A stretch of DNA of 64,000 bases. Source: the human T2T-CHM13v2.0 reference genome, Homo sapiens. The notes below the pieces were generated by a model. The model was not told the DNA's origin. It did no database searches and saw nothing but the letters and a program-made list of their open reading frames with translations. Positions 40,401-54,075 of this stretch are shown piece after piece. Position numbers and translations under genes: made by a program. Each line of letters opens with the position of its first letter. Positions within the stretch are counted from its first letter, which is position 1. The DNA is taken from assembly GCF_009914755.1 (NCBI RefSeq), contig NC_060928.1. One strand, 5' to 3'.

Positions 40401-43400
40401 CTGATCTTAGTTATTTCTTGTCTTCTGCTAGCTTTTGAATTTGTTTGTTTTCCCTTCACTAGTTCTTCTAATTGTAATGTTAGGGCATCGATTTTAGATC
40501 TTTCCCACTTTCTCAGGTGGGCATTTAGTGCTATAAATTTTTCTGTAAACACTGCTTTAGCTGTGTCCCAGAGATTCTGGTACATTATGTTTTTGTTGTC
40601 ATTGGTTTCAAAAAACTTATTTATTTCTACCTTAATTTTGTTATTTACCCAGTCAATCAGAAGCAGGTTGTTCAGTTTCCATGTAGTTTTGCTGTTTTCA
40701 GTGAGTTTCTTAATCCTGAGTTCTAGTTTGATTGCACTGTGGTCTGAGAGACTGTTTGTTATGATTTCTGTTCTTTTGCATTTGCTGTGGAGTGTTTTAA
40801 TTCCAATTATGTGGTCAATTTTAGAATAAGTGCTAAGTGTTGCTGAGGAGAATGTATATTCTGTTGATTTAGGATGGAGAGTTCTGTGGATGCCTATTAG
40901 GTTTGCTTGGTCCAGAGCTTAGTTTAAGTCCTGAATATCCTTGTTAATTTTCTGTCTCATTGTTCTGTCTAATATTGACAGTGGGGTGTTAAAGTCTCTT
41001 ACTATTATTGCGTGGGAGTCTAAATCTCTGTGTAGGTCTCTAAGAACTTGTTTTATCTATCTGGGTGCTCCTATATTGGGTGCATACATATTTAGGATGC
41101 TTAGCTCTTCCTGTTGCATTGATCCCTTTACTCTTGTGTAATGCCCTTCTTTGTCTTTTTTGATCTTCATTGGTTTAAAGTCTGTTTCATCAGAGACTAG
41201 GATGGCAACCTCAGCTTTATTTTTGCTTTTCATTTTCTTGGTAAATACTCCTTCATCCCTTTATTTTGAGGCTATGTTTGTCTTTACACGTGAGATGAGT
41301 CTCCTGAATACAGCACACCAATGGGTCTTGACTCTGTATCCAGTTTGCTAGTCTGTGTCTTTTAATTGGGGAGTTTAGCCCATTTACATTTAAGGCTAAG
41401 ATTGTTATGTGTGAATTTGATTTTGTCATTATAATGCTAGCTGGTTATTTTGCCCATTAGTTGATGCAGTTTCTTCATAGTGTCAATGATCTTTACATTT
41501 TGGTATGTTTTTGCAGTGGCTGGTACCAGTTTTTCCTTTCCATATTTAGTGCTTCCTTCATGAGCTCTTGTAAGGCAGGCCTGGTGGTGACAAAATCTCT
41601 CAGCATTTGCTTGTCTGTAAAGGATTTTATTTCTCCTTCACTTACAAAGTTTAGTTTGGCTGGATATGAAATTCTGGGTTAAAAATTCTTTTCTGGCTTG
41701 TAGGGTTTCTGCAATGAGTTCTGTTGTTAGTGTGGTGGGCTTTCCTTTGTGGGTAACCCAACATTTTTCTGTGGCTGCCCTTAACATTTTTTCCTTCATT
41801 TCAACCTTGATGAATCTGATGATTATATGTCTTAGAGTTGCTCTTCTCAAGAACTATCTTTGTCATGTTCTCTGTATTTCCTGAATTCGGTTGTTGGCCT
41901 GCCTTGCTAGGTTGGGGAAGTTCCCCTAGATAATGTGCTGAAGAGTGTTTCCCAACTTGGTTCCATTCTCCCCATCACTTTCAGGTACACCAATCAAATG
42001 TAGATTTAGTCTTTTCACATAGCTCCATATTTCTTGGAGGCTTTGTTCATTACTTTTCATCCTTTTTTCTCTAATCTTGTCTTCACACTTTATTTCATTA
42101 AGTTGATCTTCAATCTCTGATATCCTTTATTCCACTTGACAGATTTGACTATTGATACTTGTGTATGCTTCATGAACTTCTCGTGCTGTGTTTTTCGGCT
42201 CAATCAGGTTACTTATCTTCTTCTCTAAACTGGTTATTCTAGTTAGCAGTTCCTGTAACCTTTTATCAAGGTTCTTAGCTTCCTTGCAATGGATTAGAGC
42301 ATGCTCCTTTAGCTCAGAGGAGCTTGTTATTACTTAACTTCTGAAGCCTACTTCTGTCAATTAGTCAAACTCATTCTTCACCCAGTTTTGTGCCCTTGCT
42401 GGCGAGAAGTTGTGATCCTTTGGAGGAGAAGAGGCATTCTGGTTTTTGGAATTTTCAGCATTTTTGCTCTGTTTTTTTCTCATATTTGTGGATTTATCTA
42501 CCTTTGATCTTTGATGCTGATGATCTTTGGATGGGGTTTTTGCTTGGGTGTCCTTTTTGTTGATGTTGATGTCATTGCTTTCTGTTTCTTAGTTTTCCGT
42601 CTAACAGTCAGGGCCCTCTTTTGCAGGTCTGCTGGCGTTTTCTGGAGGCCCACTCTAGATTCTGTTTGCCTGGGTATCACCATTGGAGGCTGCAGAAGAG
42701 CAAAGATTGCTGCCTGCTCCTTCCTCTGGAAGTTTCACCCCAGAGGGGCACCTGCCAGATGCCAGCCAGAGCTCTACTGTATGAGGTGTCTGTTGACCCC
42801 TGCTGGGAGGTGTCTCCCTGTCAGGAGTCATGGGGATCAGCAACCCCCTTGAGGAGGCAGTCTGTCCCTTAGCAGAGCTTGAGCACTGTGCTGGGAGATC
42901 CTCTGCTCTCTTCAGACCTGGCAGGCAAGAATGTTTAAGTCTGCTGAAGCTGTGCCCACAGCAACCCCTTCCCTCAGGTGCTCTGTCCCAGGGAAATAGG
43001 AGTTTTATCTGTAAGCCCCTGACTAGGACTGTACCTTTCTTTCAGAGATGCCCTGCCCAGAGGGCTGGAATCTAGAGAGGCAGTGTGGCTACAGCGGCTT
43101 TGCTGTGCTGTAGTGGGCTTCGTCTAGTCCAAACTTCCTGGAGACTTTGTTTACACTGTGAGGGGAAAACCACCTACTCAAGCCTCAGTAATGGTGGATG
43201 CCCCTCCCCCCACAAAGCTCCAGTGTCCCAGGTCAACTTTGGACTGCTGTGCTGTCAGTGCGAATTTCAAGCCAGTGGATCTTAGCTTGTTTGGTTTCAT
43301 GGGGGTGGGATCCACTGAGCAAGACCACTTGGCTCCCTGGCTTCAGCCCCCTTTCCAGGGGAGTGAACTGTTCTGTCTTGCTGGCATTCCAGGCAACAAT

Positions 43401-43788
43401 AGGAAAAAAAAAAAAATCCTGCAGCTAGCTCAATGTCTGCCCAAATGGCCGCCCAGCCCCAGTGACATGTAGGCACCCAAGAGAATCTCCTGGTCTGAGG
43501 TTGTGAAGACCATGGGAAAAGTGTAGTATTTTAACCTGATAGCACCACCCCTCATGGCTTCTGTTGGCTAGGGGAGGGAGTTCCCTGACTCCTTGAGCTT
43601 CCTGGGTGAGGCAATGCCCTACCCTACTTCTACTCGCCCTCTGTGGGCTGCACCCACTGTCTAACCAGTCCCAATGAGATGAATCAGATATCTCAGTTGG
43701 AAATGCAATAATCACCTGCCTTCTGCGTTGGTCTCACTGGGAGCTGCAGATCGGAGCTGTTCCTATTAGGTCATCTTGCCCAGGCCCC
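37434..43788 (-). mobile_element. Full-length decayed L1PA7/8-like LINE-1 (about 6.35 kb)
   Basis: 5'UTR (caagatgacctaataggaacagctcc on minus), ORF1 fragment (RHIIIRFIKVEMKEKMLRAA), ORF2 fragments ([40 protein letters not shown]), 3'UTR and T tail; many frameshifts; short TSD aagttt. Confidence 0.96.
43191..43472 (+). other. L1 antisense ORF0-like frame (93 codons) in the L1 5'UTR
   Basis: gtaATGG Kozak context; MVDAPPPTKL...DCCA...MGVGSTE resembles the recalled L1 ORF0 N-terminus MAGAPPPASL...DCCA...VGVGPSE. Confidence 0.55.
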
Positions 43789-43976
43789 AAGTTTCTGTTT
43801 TTAAAGGGCTGAGAATGTTAGTCAGCAACACATAATAATTAATTAAAATTCCATGATAGAAAGGAAAAAGTTTGAAATCCGATTGCTCTGTCATCAAATA
43901 CTAACTCTACATTTAACTTATTTATGACATTCATGACATGAGCATTCATAAGTATGCCCATTCATAAGTAAGCCAC

Positions 43977-44298
43977 TTTTTTTTATTTATTTGTATTTTT
44001 ATTTTTTTGAGACAAGAGTTTAGCTCTCTCACCCAGGTTACAGTGTGGTTAGCATGATTATGACTCACTACAGCCTTAATCGCAGGGGCTCAAGTGATCC
44101 TCCCACTTCAGCCCCCCACCCCAAGTGGCTGGAAATGCAAGCAAGCACCACCATGCCCAGCTAATTTTTCAATTTTTGGTGGAGACAGGATCTCACTCTG
44201 TTGCCAAGGTTGGTCATGAACTCTTGGCTTCAAGCAATGCTCCCTCTTTGGCCTCTCACAGGGCTGCTATTACAGATGTAAGCTACCATGCCTGTCAG
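43977..44298 (-). mobile_element. AluJ
   Basis: Diverged antisense dimer; gggctcaagtgatcctcccac; tctcactctgttgccaagg. Confidence 0.88.
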
Positions 44299-44314
44299 AT
44301 TTTTAGACTAAGGT

Positions 44315-44480
44315 CTTTTTGTTTTGTTTTAGAGATAGATGGAGTCTTGCTGTGTCGCTCAGGTTGGAGTGCAGTGGCCCAATCATAGCTCACCACAGCC
44401 TCGAACTACCAGGCTCAAGTGATCCTCCTGACTTAGCCTCCTGAGTAGCTGGGACTACAGGCATGTGCCATTGTGCCTGA
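44315..44480 (-). mobile_element. Alu right-arm monomer (FRAM/AluJ fragment)
   Basis: ggagtgcagtggcccaatcatagctcac...gtagctgggactacaggcatgtgcca. Confidence 0.85.
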
Positions 44481-45707
44481 GTAAAGCCACATTAAAAAAA
44501 TGTCTTCAGTAGAGCCCCCATAATGCTAATAAAACAGGGATAAGAAGATAACAGTATATTGTCAATGAAAAATCAGAGATTTCAGGATTAAGATGTTTGT
44601 CTATGCAAGATCTTTATATCAAGGATAGATTCATGTTTTGTATCATTTCTTAAGCATTTAATTCATTTAAAAATATGTACTAAGTGCTATTATACCTCTC
44701 TGGACTTTTGCAGGCAAGATATATTGAAGAAATATTATTCTTTATTTATAATGTAGGATTAATCTATCATATCTGATACAAGTAAAATTAACAAAGCAGC
44801 AATAAAGTGATAGAGAAAACACTTGTTTTAATAGTCAATGAGCTAGTTAAATCAGGAATCTTGATTCTCTGTGCCAGCCCTGATCACTTCACAGAACATA
44901 AGTGAGAAGGAATTAGCATTACAGTTTTTAAGACATTGTATTTTTGTGACTTTTCTTTATAGTGTGTTAACCTCAATTCTACCTAATAAAATATTTGGAT
45001 TCAAGCAGTGAAATGCTATCATAAAATAGCCCAAGAAAGGCATTTTTTATCAGTTGAGAAAGAAACAGCAAATACACAGATGCTATAAATTAGAAAGCTG
45101 TAACTTTTAGTAGTCTATGATAATATTTGGTAGTATTATCACCTACTTTACTTTGGAAAACATACCACATGCAAACTGAGTTTAGCTTTGGGGCACTATT
45201 GAAGGTCAGAATTTTGGCATATAAGGCTACCTCCTGTTTCTTTTAATAAAGCCTGATTGAATTCCTCATTAACAAGCTGAAATGAATGTGAGTTTATTTC
45301 TGTCAAGAAAACATTTTTCTTTCTAGTTCCCCAAATCTAAATTATCTGATGATCTATTCATTTGAGTCTTCATAAGATTAAAAAAAGCTAATTATTTCTG
45401 CATTTCAAACTGAAGATCTTCTATGATGTGGCTTTAAAAATTAAGCCTCATCAAAAGATAAGCCAATGGATGCAAAACTTTCTCAAAAATGTCAGAATAA
45501 ATGCTTTCTTTTAGGCACTATGAAACGCTTCAGAGAATAAGATCAGATTAACAATCTTTCATTTATAACTAAAGTTCTTTAAAGAAAAGTTCTCAATATA
45601 GCCTCCATTAAACTGACAGAAGAAAGATGAGATCACAGAATGCTATAAATACAAGATCAGAGTTTTTGAAACTAAGATGTATGTCTATACATGATCTTTG
45701 GCTATGT

Positions 45708-45888
45708 CAGAGGTGAATACAAGTTTTGTGAGGAGTCAAATGTATGCAGTATGTAGCTAATAGGCTGCTGAAAAGAATAATACAAAATTATGAACACAAA
45801 ATTAGGTTCAGAGTCTTGTATGGAGTCTGTGGAAGCGAGGGGTCTTGACACTTAAACTTTATTAGCTTCATGGTAAATTCTTTCCTTG
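45708..45888. mobile_element. MER53-like non-autonomous DNA transposon
   Basis: tacaaaattatgaacacaaaattagg and attagcttcatggtaaattc match recalled MER53; about 180 bp. Confidence 0.6.
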
Positions 45889-47973
45889 AAGCAGTTAATT
45901 TTGCATGGAGTTCATTATAAGTAAATAAGTAAACAGTGCATCTCAAATAACTATTAAACAGAGGTTACAACAACCTGTGATAGTATGAAAATAAGGCCAA
46001 AATCTGTACAGCTGCAGGACACTTTGAAGTACGTCAGAGGACAATGGATAAGGAGTACATTAAAATCTCCCACTATAACTGTAGGCTTGCTTCCTTTTTG
46101 CTACTAGTTACTCTAATTTTTTATTTATATATTGTAAGATTATCATATTAGGGTCATGCAAATTGATATTTTTACCTTTTAATTGCATTAGCTTTTTGCT
46201 TCATGATAATGTTATTTTTACCCATTTTCTCTTTTAAGTATTGCTCTGTCTTTGTCTCTTCTTATTCTGGGATTCTAATTACGCATTTCTTAAAACCCCT
46301 CACTGTATCCCCATGTCTTTTACAGTCTCTTTTATATATATATATTTTGTTTCTTTACATTTTATTTTACATAATCTCTTCTTTCTCTAGTGAACTAATT
46401 ATTCAGATGTATTGGATTTTTTGGTAAGTTAATTTACTGAATTTTTGATTTTTTCAATATTTTGTTGTTTTGGAGATAATTTTTGTTTAGTTCTTTGCTT
46501 GCAGTTTCTACTTTTTTGCCAAATTTGCATGTTTTCTGAAACATACGAGTATACTTATTTTAACAACTGATTCTAATAACTTCATGTCTGAATTTCTTGT
46601 GGCACTGATTGTATTTTTTTCTTAAATTTCAATCATCTGATGTTGACTCCTTGTGATTGTATTTATTTTTACTTGTGTGCTGAAACTTATATAAAATTAA
46701 TTGTAGAAATAATGTCAGACTTTTAATGAAAGTGTCTTCTTTATGTCATGAGGTATGTTTGTTGCTGTCTGCAGTCCCTGATTGGGCTGGTCTATATTCA
46801 ACTTACCTTTCTTAAACAATGTAGCCCTCTGACATCCAATCAAAAGTATTTTATCCTGATTCTGTCCCTTTCCTGCTGACAATGACTAAAAAGGCTGGAA
46901 AAGAACTAGAAAATGTCAAGACAGCTACTGAGGGAATGAATAATAATGAGATCAGTATTCAGAATTAAGAAAAAAAAATTTAAACGACAGTGAAGTGTTT
47001 TTATGGAGTTTGGGCCAGTTTTCTCTTAGGATTCAATTCTACATGGCACGGCAAAACTGAGGAGTGGAATAGCATTTTTACGATTTACACATAATTTAAA
47101 ATATTTTAATTTGACTCCATATTACAGTGTGGGCAAGTAAAGAAACCTAATCCATTTTAAGAATAAGTCTGCAGGTGGCAATTTTATAGCCCTTTCGTAA
47201 CACATAAAGACAGGAAACAACGGTAACCATATTGAGACCATATGTCAGCAGGAAGGACATGAGCTCATAGTTATGAGTCCACTTTAATATGAAATCTTAA
47301 CATGCAAATTGTCTTTCTGTTATTTATCCTTGAAGTAGACAGATCACTGTCTAACATATACTCTTCTACAAATACAAGGACAAAGAAGTAGCACACATAT
47401 TCTGATTTGCTGTTTTTTTATTCAAGTTGTCTCAGATAACATAGTGAGAATGATTTGCTACATTAAATTATTCTGCTTTTGCTATTTGGTATGTGTGTTT
47501 TAGCATTGAATCCTGGCAATAGTGATTACAAAGGAACTTTATTCTGTTTGAAAAAATGTTTATTAAACTGTTGATTTTTATTACAGTAAATCTGCTTTTT
47601 GATCCCAACCTATTAAGCTCTGATTTATCTTTCACCCTTTAAACAATAACACTTATTTGAAGCACCATTTTCCTCCTCAGAGCTCAAATTAACTTTTATT
47701 CCACAAATGATGGTGATTTTTAAAAATTTTAGTGAAATTTTATTTCTAAATGTATTTGATAGTAAAACACTCACAGTAAACACAATGTCAGACAACATGT
47801 CTGCATAAGCAAACAGGTTAATACATGTTACCTTCTTTAACTCAGCTATATAAAGATAAGGATGTGTCCTAATCATGGTACCAATATGTCACTGAAAAAT
47901 CAAAACCCGTTAGTATGTAGTTGATTTTGGTATATACACAGGCATTTGCCTTCTAGTTCTGGACATGTGGTAA

Positions 47974-48810
47974 TGAAATGGGAAATGTTCCCTTGTCCCT
48001 CTAGCAGGGCATGCGATGGGGCTGTGGCTGGCTTCTTCATTCAGTGCCCCGATGCTCACACCTCGAGGGGGAGCATTCAGATGGGCAGACTGTGGGGCTC
48101 TGACCCCATAGCAGCGGCTAGGGATGAATGTTTACAGCTGCAGTACCCGTGGTTGTGTGTTACAGTGTCTTATTTCAGTTTAGCTTCTTCAGTTTTAGTT
48201 TAGGTGGCTTGTGTTAGTTTAATTAGACCCCTTGCCTAATCGCAAGGACAGGAGACTTTCTGTATCCCACGGTTTCTTGCCTTGGTGTACCAAAAGAATC
48301 GGATCACACGTGGGCTTGGAGAATGAGTTCAAGGTTCTATTGAGTAGTGGTAGCTCTCAGCAGATGGATAGAGAACCAAACCAGAAAGGGGATGGAGTGG
48401 AAGGTGGTTTTCACCTGGAGTCGGGCTGACCAGCAGCTGGGCTCTCCTCCCACTACCCTGGCCAACAACTCTGTGTCATTCTGCCGGTCAGCCTGCCAGA
48501 ATCTGCTGGTGTCTCAGTGTGTTCTGCCAGCATGCTCCTCTCGACATCCAGTTGCTTGTGTTTTCCTCTGCTGGTGTGTTCCTCTCGATGTCTAGCTGCT
48601 TGTGTCTCTGCCTGCTAGAGTCTCAGGGTTTTTATAGGCACAGAGTGGGAGTGTGGCAGGTCAGGGTGGTCTTAGAAAATGCAACATTTGAGCACAAAAA
48701 CGGGAGTGCCTGTCCTCACCTAGGTATGTGGGCACAGGCCCAGGAGTGGAGATCTCTCCAGGGACCCCACTCTTCTCCTCCCAGCACTTCCCTACCCCTT
48801 TCTAGTATCA
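47974..48810 (-). mobile_element. ERV1 solo LTR (LTR1/LTR28/MER52 group) nested in an MLT1 remnant
   Basis: TG...CA termini, perfect 4-bp TSD GTAA; ggatcacacgtgggcttggagaatgag; gaaaatgcaacatttg; cccagcacttccct. Confidence 0.85.
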
Positions 48811-49145
48811 GTAATATTGTTCCTTCCCACCCCTGTGAAATTGGGTATTGCCCTGTGGTGTTTTAGATGCTGAAGAATTTGATGGAATGGTTATTGTCAT
48901 TTCAGAGCAAAAGCTTTAAAGGATGTTATACTATGTGTTATAATGCTTTCCCCACCAAAATGATAGTGTTAGGATGCATGAGGATGGCCTGCATCAGCCT
49001 GGATCTTTAAAGGACAATCGCAAGCATTTTCCCCAAATCCATTGCAGACATATCACATGGATAAGAAATAAACATTACTTATTTTAAGACAGTTATTTTA
49101 GAATTGTCGTAACTGCAGCAAATCTAGTCTATTTTGAATTATGTA
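48811..49145 (+). mobile_element. MLT1 LTR remnant
   Basis: gataagaaataaacatt...tttaagac...taactgcagcaaatctag, MLT1-type 3' end. Confidence 0.5.
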
Positions 49146-50350
49146 TTACCAAAGGCTCCCCATCTTCCACATCTAAAAGCATGTAGCTATAGATCTAGTT
49201 TATTTGGGAACTATAATATTATTCTTCAACAGTTTTCTTTCATATGACCACAAATTTTTAAAGATGCATGAACACACAAAAGTCATATTTATGTATTTTA
49301 ATCCAGCCTGAACAGTAATACTAATAGAATTTACTATAATGAAGACCAATGAAGAAGCAAAATAACGGTATGTGAACAAGAGTTAGTTCTGAATTGGAGA
49401 AAATGAAAGTTAGGTATGATTTTAGAATTATGTATTTATAATAGCTTAAAGCTCAGACATACCACAGATATCAGTTTTTTTCCTCTTCTTTATTTTGTAA
49501 ATTGACACATTGGATCCATTGAGTTTACTAAAGATATATCAGGAGTGGGAGAGCTAGATCTAGAACTGTGTTTTCAGTATTCCCAATCCAGTGCCCTCTT
49601 CAGACAGAAAAGTGAAGTCAGTTTAACTGCTTTTAACATTTAACTGCTTGGTTTTTTAATGGGCCTTAATTTACTCAAAATATGTGAGTAGATGAAAGAA
49701 TTGAAATCATTTTCTATAACTTTCTCTCATTAGTTCCAGGTCATTCTAAATGACAAATGTTTTATATGAGAAAAAAAGTAAGTCCTGTCTGAATTTTACA
49801 CCCAATGGAGGCCGAACAAAACCATTACCGCCTAAAACATACATAAGTAATGGATAAATTATGAAAAGAGAAGTGTAGGTGAGCTCAAGAGCAAGAACAT
49901 GATCTGCCATAAACAAAGAGGTATCCCAAAGGCAGAGTAAGAAATAGGGGCTATCAAGATTGCAAGTCTCAAGCCCCACAGATGGTTAAGTAGCAGGACG
50001 TTATTCTCTACATAAAGCAAAGAAAACTGTCAGGATAAAGCTATCTCTCATTCATGAATTAGGATTAGAAAAATTCTATTCATCATCCTAGAGATATATT
50101 CTAGAAATTGGTTGCCCATTCTGGATGTAAATGGAATAACACACAAGATTTATGAAGCCTTAGACACTATTCTGCATGAGTGTGGTAACAAAATTTGCTG
50201 TGTGCATGTGTACTGAGACTCCAGGTTAAGGAACAAACCCCAAAATTGGTCTTGACCCAATAAATGACACACAGTACAGACTGAGATGAATGGGAAATTA
50301 CCCCACAATATTTTATTTACAAACAAGATCACGTGAATGACTTTTATGTC

Positions 50351-50848
50351 TGTTACCAAAACACCAGGGGTTTGGTCTAGGTCCTGCTCCTCACCACACA
50401 GAAAGCCAATCACTGAGACAATGAATATTCCCAGGAAAGAAGGTTTTAATCCAGTGCTGTCGCCGACGAGATCAATCTCAAATCCATCTCCCTGACTGAC
50501 TTAAGTTAAGGGTTTTTACAGCAAGGAAAGAATGCAGCTGTGTGAGGAAACAGGAACTAGGGAAGGGTGAGGAAGAATAGTTGGTTAACAACAAGCAGGT
50601 GGTCAGTTAGGAAAATATGAACTGAGAGGAGTAAGGAAGCAATCATGACAAATGAGAGTCCTGGTATCTCATTGTCTGGGTGCTGTGATATAGTGAGTTT
50701 TATTTCTGTGATACTTTTGAAGAGGCTGAGGGTCTTCTGATAAAGGAACTCAGATAAAACAAATGAAAGTTTCAAGCCTTAAGACCAGAAAGATCAATTT
50801 CTATGTTTATCAAAAAAAAATGTCAATGGGACTATTGGATTGGTTTCA
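50351..50848 (-). mobile_element. ERV1 solo LTR (MER66-like)
   Basis: tgttaccaaaacaccaggggtttggtctaggtcctgct start; gaaagccaatcactgagacaatg; ttggtttca end. Confidence 0.75.
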
Positions 50849-51277
50849 GATCTTGCTAATGTTCTGTTAAACACACACATGGACATTCATACACATACAT
50901 ACATACAGATATGAGTAAATCCTCTAAGGTTCCATTTAGTCAGTGGATAAAAGAAGAAGCACAATTATACTAGAGTAAATGAAAATAATATTAAAAATAC
51001 AGAGGGCATTATAAAACTAGGTTAAGTTTTTTTAAAGACTAGAGCAAATAGAATGCAAAAAATAAATCATTAAAAGATAATGAAAATAACAGATGATTAA
51101 TAGATAATATTAATAAATAATAATAAAACTACAAATCATCTAGACAGAAAATTAAATGTGTGAAAATTAAAATAATCATTAAAATAAGATAAACATTCAA
51201 TAAATAGGTTAAAATAGACTAGTAATACATAAAAAGAAAAGTAAGAAATTGAAAATCATATCTAATTCTGAGGAATC

Positions 51278-51915
51278 TGTGTCCTGACCAAAAAAACCAC
51301 GTGTGATTTTTCAGGCTGAATTATGGCTAATTACAAAGGCTTGATGCACAGTCAACACTGACAGTCTCAGAGGGGAGCTGCAGTCAAGGACTCAGGCTTC
51401 TCTTGCCAGCCATGCTGTTATACACATTTACATTCCTAGCCAGGCACCTTTATCTCTAGGTCTCTTTACCTGAGGCTTTGCCACCACTGATAAGACCTTT
51501 CTATGGAAGAGGAAGAGTAGAACCTTTAAGACACTGTTTCCCAATCTTACATAGTACTCAGAGCTTTCTACTCCTAGCCCTTCCCCCCATTTTTCTTGCC
51601 CTTATCCCCCCTCCCCACCCTATAACCCACAAAACTTCAGGAGCCTTTTGTTCAAGGTTCTCGTGGCAGTGGGATGAACCTCACATCTGTGTTGGAGGGT
51701 CAAGCTTCACTTGACCCTCACTTGACCCTCCACTGGTATGCTGTTCGGTGGGGGAAAAATAAAACAAGGAAGAGTCTAAATTTTCTCTGGTTTAGCCTCT
51801 TGCTTATACTATTATAATAAGTAATTAAAAACTTTACCATTACTTCCATTTTTAATCTGCTAATCTGACACCTGGCAGCTCAGCTATCCCTCTCCAGGTG
51901 GTTCAACTCCTGTCA
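51278..51915 (+). mobile_element. Probable LTR (family unresolved) within an old L1 ORF1 region
   Basis: GC-richer block with tataa, cctataaccc and CA end interrupting A-rich L1M-like sequence. Confidence 0.35.
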
Positions 51916-52289
51916 AAGTCAATAGGACAAGTTGCTACATAATAATGTATTAAAATGACAAATACAAAAAAATTAAGAGATGTGAAGGGTGAGATAAAAA
52001 AAATCATACATCTAATGAGTCTTACGAGGTAGCACTAGAGTGATAAATAACAACAAATACTAGTTATTTGAAAAGGCAAATAAATATATCATTGGCAAAA
52101 CTGAACAGAATTTTAAAGAGTAAAAAATAAATGATGAAAATATAAGAAAGGACAGCAGTAGATTATTTATAGTATTAAAAAGTTTTCAAAACTAAGAATA
52201 ATTTTATGCCAATAATTTTGACAATATAGATGAAAGAGATGCAGAATATCTAAGTTATTCATAATAACCCAAATGATAGAAATAGATAA

Positions 52290-52770
52290 ATGGCCTAAGC
52301 AAAATTTTAAGATGGCCCCACACTCATTGGTGTGGAAGTCCTCAAGGGAGTCCTTTTAAAGAGTATTTAGAGTACAGAGGTGAAAGAAGTCACAGAGACT
52401 TAAAGCTGCAGCAGCTTCTCTTGTTAACCTTGAAGAAGCAAACAGCCTTGTAAAGAGGTGCAGAATCCTGTGGGCAGCTTCTGAAGGGTGAGGATAGTCC
52501 TCCATTGACAACCAGTCAAAAAATTGTAACCTCAGTCCTACAACCTCAAGAAACTAAATTTTACTAACAGCTTTAATGAGGTTGAAAGAAGACTTCAAGC
52601 CTCTGGAGATGCTACTGTTCTGGCCAACACTTGATTTTAGGCTGGTGTGGGACCCAGCTAACCCCTACCTGAATTCCTGACCCACAGAAATGAACATAAA
52701 AAATGGGGGATATTTTCCATTACTTAACTTCATGGTAATTTGTTATGGATTAAGAGAAAACCAATAAAAT
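52290..52770 (+). mobile_element. MLT1 (E/F-like) LTR
   Basis: taagatggcccc, cttgaagaagcaaacagc, cctcagtcctacaacc, aattcctgacccacagaaa, ggtaatttgttat. Confidence 0.75.
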
Positions 52771-54075
52771 AAACAACTCACCAATTCATTCTATAAAGTT
52801 ACAACCTTGTTAAAAATATGTAAATATTTTGAAGGAAAAAGAAATGAAAGATAAATATATGACAATAATTTAAAATATTAGCAAAGTAGCAATACAAGAG
52901 GGCCTCTCTCAAGAAACATATGTTTAATAGTATATATAAAAGAGTCATATATACAAAACATTTATACTAATAAATCTTTAAAAATATTTGCCTTCCATGT
53001 AATCATTTATATTTTTATTTTAGGGTAAATGAGTTCCCAAAGTGCAAATTATGTCAATTTAACATAAAGACAATTTTGCCAATTATTTTTAAAGTTAGTA
53101 TTCTTTTGTTTCTTAGTCAAAACTTCCAATAATGTTGTGCAATATTTTTAATTCACAGTTCTACCCCATCTATAATTTAATACTGATTAAGTATTTACAT
53201 ATGTAATATGTTTTTTATCAATTGTTGGAAAAAAATAATAAAATATTTTCTCATTTTAAAATAATTTATTGATAAATTAAGTAACAACTAAGGTATGTGC
53301 CAATCATTGCCTTATACTCCTTTAAACAACAAATGTAATCTCTAAACAAAAAAAACTTAAGTAAAACATTGTAACAAATTTAATATTTACAACTGTTTTA
53401 TGACATTGGAGTATTATCTTCACAAAGAGATGAGTATCTTTTCCAGTGTTGTGTAGCTGCTAAGTGGTAGAGCTGGGATTTGAACTAAAGCACTCAGATT
53501 TTAATACGACATCATTAATCATTATGTTACTGCTCTATGCTAAAAATAGTAGGGTAGAGAAATAGGTAACTCTTATCTATATCTCCATATATTAGTATTG
53601 GAAAGATGAGTCACAATGATAAGTATTAACACATTTTTCAGTGCAGGAGTTTATTTAAAAATAATCTGTAGGGTAACAGTTTTCAAATGGAATCAACAAA
53701 ATCAAAACATATGTGACAGACTTGAAGAAAATATTACCAAAATATGAATAGAGATGTGAATAATTCATAAGTTCTAGACAAGCAAAACAAGCACAATAAA
53801 TCGATACACAAAAAGATGAACATTTCACGGAAAAGAAATGTTAGAGGAGAAATAAATGTATACAATTATTTTTATCCTAGCTGGGAGAGAAGTGACAGTT
53901 AATACAATAAGATAAATCTTACAACTATCATATTGTAAAAAATAAAACAAAATTTTCTAAGATCCAGGATTGTTGAAGGTATAGAAAAAATAATAATTTT
54001 ATATTTTGTTTATCTGACAGTGAATTGAACCCGCCTTTTTCAAACAGAGTTTAGCATTCTTTAAAAATAATTTCT

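Noticed and set aside
43960-44495. AluJ plus monomer inside one apparent TSD (taagccac/aaagccac) as a trimeric element
   Set aside because: More simply one Alu inserted into the A-tail of another; match is short and diverged
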